64,000 bases of DNA, taken from the NCBI RefSeq assembly GCF_000150275.1, contig NW_002060948.1, positions 2,093,906 to 2,157,905 on the forward strand, read 5' to 3'. Position numbers and translations under genes: made by a program. Numbering within the stretch: the first letter of the stretch is position 1; each line of letters begins with the position of its first letter. Shown here one piece after another: positions 55,299-64,000 of the stretch. The stretch comes from Trichoplax adhaerens. Its lineage: Eukaryota > Animalia > Placozoa. A model generated the notes under the pieces. The model made no database searches. It was not told the origin of the DNA and saw nothing but the letters and a program-made list of their open reading frames with translations.

Positions 55299-56949
55299 CG
55301 TGAAACTACTACTGAAATTAGTAAATTTTCTTACAAAATTTAATCGTAGGAATACTTTTATATAAATTTGATCTACTACGTAAAAAATTGGTGTATTTTT
55401 ACGGTACTACTATTTTGAATTGTCTTTTAAAAAGTAATAAAAAATTGATGTGGCAATTTTTTCAGCAATCTTAATTTATAATTAGGTAAATTTGCCTTGA
55501 GGGCCTATAAAAAAAATTAAATTTGAAGGTCTTAGTATTCTTGATGACATTTAACAAATAGCTAAAGAGTTATAACGGCGATAACTTTGAAAATTTTATT
55601 TCTAGTACGGTAGTTTTTGTAGAAACAAAAATGAAATCGTCTTATTTATGGGAATTTCTAGTAGGATAAAACCTAGGCCTTTATAAAAATTATTCAAATC
55701 TTAGTAACGAATTCAAACTGGAAAGATGTATAAAAAATAAGCCAAAAAAATCATTACTTTATGGGAAATAGATTAATGGATGGCTTAAATTGTATCGTTA
55801 AATACAGTATATTAATAAACCTGGCGAAACTTACTCTTGTAATAGTTGGCACTATCGTTTTTTATGCAGATTAACGCGAGAAATTGTAATAGCTGGTCCG
55901 AAACAATTAAATTCACGATTCTGATAACGGACTTGTTAATTAATTATAGTAGTCGACGTCTTAAGATTAGTGGAGAAAATCTGGATAAATTTGAGATGTA
56001 GAAAAGCTTTGAATACCAATTGGAATGAAAATACGGAACCTTTTTACTTAATATATTGATCTTATAAGTTCGCAAAAGATTCCTTTAATATATGCTATCA
56101 TCGTCAAAAATGGATTAAAAGCATCAAATTTACTTGCGCGTTCCAATACAGCGTGAACGTGATGAATCTCTTATTCACTGTTACGACTGGTTTTAGTTGC
56201 AATAAATGTGAACTCTCGGGCAGAAATAAAAGATTGGACCATCCATGGGAATATTAATCTTCGATAAGGTTTCTTTTGATTTTTAATGCATTCGCTTTCA
56301 CAATAGGTGAGCATAGGCTGTAACTGCTTGTTAACAAGACAATAAGTAACAATTTTTAAGAATGATGCATAACTTTATTCCAATATAATGACGAAATTAG
56401 CCAATATGGGTAAATGAGAAGTTAAGATTCAGTCAATTGTATTATAAAAACAAGAAATATAATTAATGATAATATGCAGCAAAATATTTAAGAATGAAGA
56501 ATTTCCCTCATAAGATGGATAGACAAAAATAACTTTGATAGTAATCTATTCAGGGAATAGAGACGAATGCACAATTTATAGTTACTATACCCTTCATTTT
56601 ACCGCAAAAGGAATCAAAGACAATGCTGTGGAATATATTACATGGATGAACTAATACGCAATATAGTTTTAATGTTGATATTGCAGCTGTTTGATTTATG
56701 ATGATCGGAAGTTGAAATTAATTAATAAATAATCTATCGAGAAATTTTTTAGTTGACTATTAACTATAAATAATCAAAACTGGTTCATCTCGAAATTTAT
56801 CTTGATCGCCAATTACCAATTTCTATTCAATAATAACAACGTGCAAAGTCGGTCGGATAAATACAGAGCTAACTGCAATCCCATCGCATCATTTATTGAT
56901 AGATGGATAGGAGAATCAAAAACATAATTGTTGATAATCAATAATTAAT

Positions 56950-58250
56950 TGATAAATGGATTTAAATATTGATTATTATCTATACCGATAATAAAGGAAA
57001 AATACCTCCTTGTGATGATGTGAACATCCATACTGCGATCGTAACATTTCCATTTAATAAATATTCGATCTTAACTGGTTGAGACTTAGAATAAATTATT
57101 CATCATTATTATATATTTATTTAGATGATTTCTGGAGTTATTTCTATCATATAATAATTCTAATTAATTTGACTATATTGTAATGGAAGGTCAACTGAAT
57201 AATCCAAAGCCTGTTGAAAGTTTGGATTGCTTATTATCTAGCTGTTTCTCAATTAAGATTGATTCATTTCCAACTAAAGCTGAAATTGATAACTCTCGGC
57301 TAGAATCATTTTTAACACAATATCTTGTTACAGTCTAATGGTGGTGACGATTAAGATTTATATTACTATGAATTGACTTTCATTTTAATTAATAATGAAA
57401 GAAATTAGACTTGATTCAAACGAATCATGGAGAATTAAAATGAAAATAATGCAACATCCTGCAGGTGTCCTACCTATCAAGATTAACGTCAATTAACAAT
57501 TTATTCCTCATAGAGATGCCAATGATTAAATATTGAAAGAAATAACTTCTATGAATGTTGATTGTGAAATTATAAAGAAGTTAATTCTAACCAATGATGT
57601 AAAGTAGGAATCTTTGCAACGATGATTATTTCCATTATTATATTGTGTTGATTGCCAAACAGAAACAGTAATAATAGGATGACTTAAAATTGACTAAGAA
57701 ATATAAAATTAAGGCATATAAAAATTCACATGATTATTATAAAAATATTATTATGCTAACTGATGTAATTATATAATTAGATCGAAGGCAAGTATAGATT
57801 TTATAAATGAGTCGATAAATAAAGATTATATGTATAATTTTTGTATCTATTAATTGCGATCACGATTACAAATCTCTTGCAAACATTGGGTTTCATTATC
57901 AAACATCGTCGGCTTATTGTTTTTGCCATTCAAATAGGTTAAAAAATGAGAAAAAGTAGTCGGCTGTTGTACGTATTGACAAGTCATTTATAAAGTATTT
58001 CCCGTGGTATCTGATTTATTCTATCGTGAGAAATACCAGCACGGCCGATAATCAAACATGATTGGATATTCTCTGCTTAGAAGAGATACCGATACCGACA
58101 TTCCTTATAGCATTCGTTCTCTTCATTATAGGCAAGGATAGAACGAATGTCATCTGATTTAAATCGTGAGAACAAACTACTCTTTATTTAACCTGGAGAC
58201 TGGGTTGTAAGAAATTAGAAAAGAAATTAGTTAATTATCTTTTAAATGAT
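56950..58250 (-). pseudogene. Decayed coding relic including a NACHT-like NTPase remnant
   Basis: SCLIIGRAGI (58058-58032) followed by EILYK*...SRLLFLIF resembles the NACHT Walker A / xxLYxW / FxF segment; many stops and frameshifts; boundaries approximate. Confidence 0.3.
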
Positions 58251-61200
58251 GACAGCATTGTGTTTTACGAAATAGATTGAGCTATGGTGAAATAACATAA
58301 AAACGCCACGACATATTTTTTATAAGCCTCCTATACGATCGAATATTTATATACTGTATCAATAAAAATGATTATTAAAATACAAATTATTTCATATTAA
58401 ATCTTACACGTTTAGGTAGCAAGAGTGCAAGAGAAAAAGCTCGCCATTATAAAACTTAAGACAAATGCTTGATTCATTAACAAATCTTCGTCACTGCTGG
58501 CGTGGTACATAAATGACTGCCCACTAGCAGTTTATTAGCGTACTGAAACTTAGCTTAGAATTCTGTACAAATGTTTGCCGCAACTAGTAATGAATATATA
58601 AGGTGAATAATCTAGTTTATGACTCTATTAACAATAGATTAGTACAAGGTTGGTATTAGTTAACAAATTACGATAATTTTACAGATGTATAGTTGCTATC
58701 CGGGATTTCATTCCGATCTAAAGTGCAACATTTTACTTTACTGTCATTTATCCGCTGTTGTAGCAGAATGAAAAGTGACAGATATTATAAATTTTAAATG
58801 ATAACAAATGCAATTCGAGTATTTAATTAAATTCTCCCGAGATGTAAAATACAGATAAAGCTTATTGCACGAATCAAAATTTAATATACCGGTAAAGTAT
58901 ATCACTATCCTAATCGATTGATTAATATCAGAAATGAGGAAGTATTATCAAATAGATTGCTTGCAGACTCTTAACGAGTTAAGAATAATCCATAAGGATA
59001 TTGATAAAATGATAGAAATACTACATTCCTATAACCAATCAATTTAACTTGGGTATGCTTTATTTTTTCCCCTACCTAGTTAGCATTTACACTGCGATTG
59101 ACAGTCAATAGGAGGGGTAGAATTAATCTAGTTAATGTTAGATTATACAATGACTGGAAATTACATCTGTTTGATTATTTGCAAGGGCAACAATAGGAGT
59201 TATGATTAGTAAAGATATGAAATTCATCTTATTCAGTCCTTATAGGTCGATTAAAGAATTGATCTATACAATTAAATTTAATTAGAAGCCGAAGCTCTTG
59301 TCATATTATTTTTGAGATACCTTACCTTATGTATCTGTTGGCAATAGATGTGGTCTACATTACCACTCTTGACTGTAAATCTCTCACCTTTAGTAAAAAT
59401 ATGATAATTCACTTATTTTTCACACACTTTTAGTCTAGATGAGCGATCCTTTGAATAATTAACTTCAATAGTCGATACTACAATATGATCACGGTGATAA
59501 TATCTTAAATTAGGAATTGGCAACCTTGTACCGAAATAATGAAAGTTGTCGTTAACTATAATATATATATATGCAATTCTTTCATAATTAATTGATAAAC
59601 ATATCGAATAGTCTTGTACTTTAACGTTGCTCTCGGATCAACTCAGATAAAAAATTAGTTACAGAATGCATAATAGGCAATACATTTCCGACCCTTGTAA
59701 ATCATAGCGCGTTATTGAACCACTGTTGTATGACAAATAAACACTTATGCATAAGTAATGATAAAATATAGAATGGCTGCAACCCCTGCATTAACGAATG
59801 TTGTCTTTTTACCTATCAAATCAAGATTAGCGTTCGTTGGATACATTCTCATCCTTTTCATTATCCATCCTTCTTGAACATACTATCGTTATTTATTTCA
59901 ATAATTTATGAGGAATTATTAAACCACGCTTAACTTATTAATATTGACGTATTTGTACAAGTAAATATTGACTTTAGAGGTATTAATTCAATCTGAGTAG
60001 TGTTCAGCTTATTTTATATAGAAAATTTTTGCATTAGAACAACCGATTTTATATTTATTATTGAAACTGAACGATCGACAGTCACAACCGTGCTAATAAG
60101 CATAGGAGCCAGTCTATTCGATTTGTTATTAAACTATCGCTAAAGTTATAGATATTGATCTTATTACATAACTATAGAGCTTACTATTGCAAGATTACGA
60201 TCAGGTTTTAATGAATACTTCAATATGTGCCAATAATGTTAAAGGAATAAAGGGTTAAAGTCTACATCATACCGTTCTACGTAGGAGTTAGTATCAAATT
60301 GGTCTCCTCATCCGTTTACTAATGTCAAACAGTATGACCTCAAAACTGTATCTAGCAACCAAAATTAAGTGAATATGTCAACATAGACGAATTGAATAAC
60401 AAGGAGAATTCTAAGTTTTCTGTTTTTCTATTTTATGGAGGAGTCTATTTCTATTTGTTACCTTATTTAAATTGAGTTGTATCCAGCAAAGCTATTCGTA
60501 ATAAGTTCAAAATAGTCATGATTGCTTATCGTATTGTATTAATAGGTGGCAATGTCGGATAAACAAGTAAGTTATTGTCTAAATAAACAAGATTGAAAAC
60601 ACATCTGTAAAAGAAATTTGGGAGAAGATCTTCGCCTTTAACCTATATCACTGACTAACGATATATTAGTAATTAATTATATCATTTGAACTATCAACAT
60701 GTTACGTAAATATTCGCTTAGAATAGAAGCAGCTGTATGCAGTATTAATAATTTTCCAAAAATAAAGCTAATCAACACGAAATGTAGCGACAGAGTTTAA
60801 ATTCTAAAGTATAGTAGATGGTACTAGTCATAGGATGAATAGGGTGTTCGATCTGTGCCATCATCTATAAATAAACGATCGATTGTAATGATCCCTTAAT
60901 CATCTACGTTTTATTTCCTGCCTATATCTAGAGCACTTAGGCATGATGCATAGCAGACTATTAATTTAACATACCAAGTATGACGATAAAAAACCTAAAA
61001 TACTCAAATTATCGCGTTAGTTACCCGATCGGAAAATGTGTCATGTAAAATGATGGCTGTATTGCCTGCGAATGAGAAAAGGAGAGACTAAAAAATATCC
61101 GTGTTAGGGAGTAAATCTTTTCACTAAAGGTTGCTTGATCTCATATTTTTTGCACTATAAAGACTCTAGAATGTGAACAATAATAAAGGATAATTGTAAT

Positions 61201-62806
61201 ATTTTTAGAAGAATGTAAGTATACGGTTTTGTTAGCAATATTTACCGTATCACTTTCTTCAAAGATGTTATCTTTAGAATTATGGTCATCAAATGCTTTA
61301 CTAAGTAATTAAAGATTCCAAAATTTACATTAAGACTATTATCTGTTTCATCATAACTATGAATCAACATAACCTATCGATTAAATGAATCATTTTAACT
61401 TTTATCATTTCAACGGTGATATATACTAAACAACTTAAAACAATCATTTCCAAGCTGATAGCTAAATTTATAACAAATTTTATAAAAACTCATTAACGAT
61501 GCATACTGTAGTTTATTAGAGATATCTAACTTATATTTCAGATAAAGTTATCGTTCCTAATGATCGAGATTCTTTTCAAAACTATGCATAAAATTACAGC
61601 CGCATATTAATGATACTATCGTTAGTAGATTTTAGCTTTATAAGGAGATAATTGTACTTATACTATTATTATTTTATTTCACAACGCTATCAAAGATTAA
61701 TTCAAGTAATTCAATAAAGAATTTCATACGCTAACCAAAAATAGACTTAATTTTAGATTATATCAACATTGTAGAGATATTAGACATGTTGCATTAATCA
61801 CATAATTCAAATACATAAAATCTTTTTACATAACCATTTGTACTCAGATCAGGTTTATCTCTTGGTTGTGGAAATAGTAGCAACGTAGGATAGTTTCTTT
61901 ATATCATCTTAATCCAGTAAGCTCAAAATAGCGTACATTTGGTATTATGCAAAAAATTATCAAATGATAATAATATAGATAGAATAAAATAGAATTAATA
62001 ACCTAACTTTAATCGGTAAATCTATGCTACTTGAACATGTACAATATATCGACAATTATAAATTTTACTCGTCTTTTACTACCATGACTTCAGATAGAAC
62101 GCATACTCTAGCGTTATCATAGTTAAAATGTTATAATTAAGATATTGCTTTTAACCATCTATGTGCTCCATGAAGTTAGAATGAATTAATTAGATAACAA
62201 GTATCCAACAAAAAAAGTTAATGCATGTTATAAAATCTGGTAGTTTATGCGTTTACAATATACAACTTGATCGTGTAAATCTGATATTCTTTCTCTTGAA
62301 GTTTTTCATTTATATTGTAAGATATTACGAATATTAATAATTTTATGTTAATCTATTTTAAAAATTAACTTGCTTATTGCATAATATACCCGTATTGATC
62401 ATCTAAAAACTTTAAATTTTAAAATACGGTCTAAACGAAGATACCGGATAGTCATTTAATTATATGGTTACTGTATCTCCCAATTTCATAATTATCATAT
62501 ATATGTAAAGAGAAAAATAATCATATTTAATAATGAATAAAATCAAATATAATTTACTTAGATTAGATAACAAATTAGGAAATAAGATAATTATTACGGT
62601 GCTATTTATAAGATTAAATAACATAAATTTAGTAGCACTAGACTATATTATTGACAAAATACCATGTAGTGATATCGATAAATGAAAATAGTTAAATCAA
62701 CTTTAATTTAAGACTCTCTTAAAGTAGATCAGTATATTATACTGGAGCTTCTTTAATAGTTTTACCAGTCGAAGTATTGACCAATTAGAAGCATTCTAGA
62801 TGATAT

Positions 62807-62856
62807 NNNNNNNNNNNNNNNNNNNNNNNNNNNNNNNNNNNNNNNNNNNNNNNNNN
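62807..62856. other. Assembly gap (50 N)
   Basis: Run of n characters. Confidence 1.
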
Positions 62857-63674
62857 TAAGTGTGTAAGAAACTTGGCACAGTATTTAATAGTGCTTTTTT
62901 TATCAAAATTACTACNCAACCCTCGACACTAACGAGTCACTAGACTGCTCGGTTAACAGAATGTCGGGTACGTCCCATTTCAATCTATCAACATTTTCAA
63001 ATCCAACAAATGCATGTTATTTCGTTTGTAAATGTCCAATATCGTTCTTTCTTTACCACCTTGTGAGCGTCAATAAATGTTGCCTAAGCACGATGCTGAT
63101 CGTTTAATACTTTTATGACGAGCTTTTAATTCAAGTTGTAACGAATTCTACATGATTTTTCAGTCTAATAATATGATGGTATTAACGGTAGCCTTGACTA
63201 AGCATTAATCATCACTCATTACCAGTCATTACCGGTCCCACTACTGAATCTTTCGTTGGCTATCTACTTATTAGTCACTACACGCATTTATTTAAGAAAG
63301 TTACAAAATTATTGCTATTGCATTATATCACTTCAAACAGTCTGAAGGTACTTTTTAACCGTTAAGGATTGGTCCTACAAATGCGGCATCGTAAACATGG
63401 CATAACTACAGTACAGAAAATTGGATATCATTGCACAAACCTTCCAGCAATTTTGCGATAATTGCATCAATATCCAGTTCATTAGACATTCTTTCAGTCT
63501 ACTATGGAAAGTTGTATCTTTAACCTAAAAATAATTAAAATGAAAATCTCAATGAATTATAGTCATAATAGAGTTATAATATGGATTAATGTTGTACTTG
63601 CCAGAGAAAAGTCTTCCTGTGTTTCGTGCTAGGAAACAAGAATTACGATCAACGATAGATCAACACACCTTTTG

Positions 63675-63980
63675 TATATATACTATACACTATAGTACAG
63701 TCAGTACTGTACAATACAGTACGGTACGATATACTATACCACAGTACTACGGTCGAGTTGGTCCCGATTTGAGGAAACTCAGTCCTGTACAGTGTACAGT
63801 GTACAGTATATCTGCAACCAGACATACTGTACTGTACTGTGTACTGTATCCAGGACAGTCATTGCGTAGTTTACAGTACAGTATTGTAGTACTGTACACT
63901 ACTGTACAATGTAGTGTAGGCTTTGTACTGTACGCTATGTGCTACAGTCTACAGTACAGATAGTAGAGTACTGTACTGTG
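63675..63980. repeat. Dense TA-NNN-TA pentamer tract
   Basis: tacagtacggta, tactgtactgtactgt, tacagtacagta, tagagtactgta, tacacta, tagtgta. Confidence 0.85.
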
Positions 63981-64000
63981 GAGCGTGTAGAATTTCTTTC

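Overview
AT-rich eukaryotic (animal) genomic DNA with compact genes and short GT-AG introns. Composition, intron size and intronless rhodopsin-class GPCRs suggest a non-bilaterian such as the placozoan Trichoplax (inference). Genes read by hand with splice phases checked: a partial GPCR, OPA3 (+), RAD51 (-), Mis18BP1/KNL2 (+), SDHAF1 (-), a MACROD1/2 macrodomain hydrolase (+), VPS54 (-), two unnamed spliced genes (EF-hand-like, +; 4-TM, -) with X-box/CRE promoters, and an intronless peptide-type GPCR (-). There are several decayed coding relics and a 50-N assembly gap. The most striking unexplained signal is in 5'/promoter regions, which are packed with chained TA-CAG-TA / TA-CTG-TA (and TA-CGG/CCG/CAC/GTG/GAG-TA) pentamers. 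These have the form of Tc1/mariner excision footprints. A Tc1-type MITE with a CAGTGG end sits in one such region, and copies of local tandem duplications differ by these 5-bp units. The same regions carry many 120-220 bp tandem duplications.
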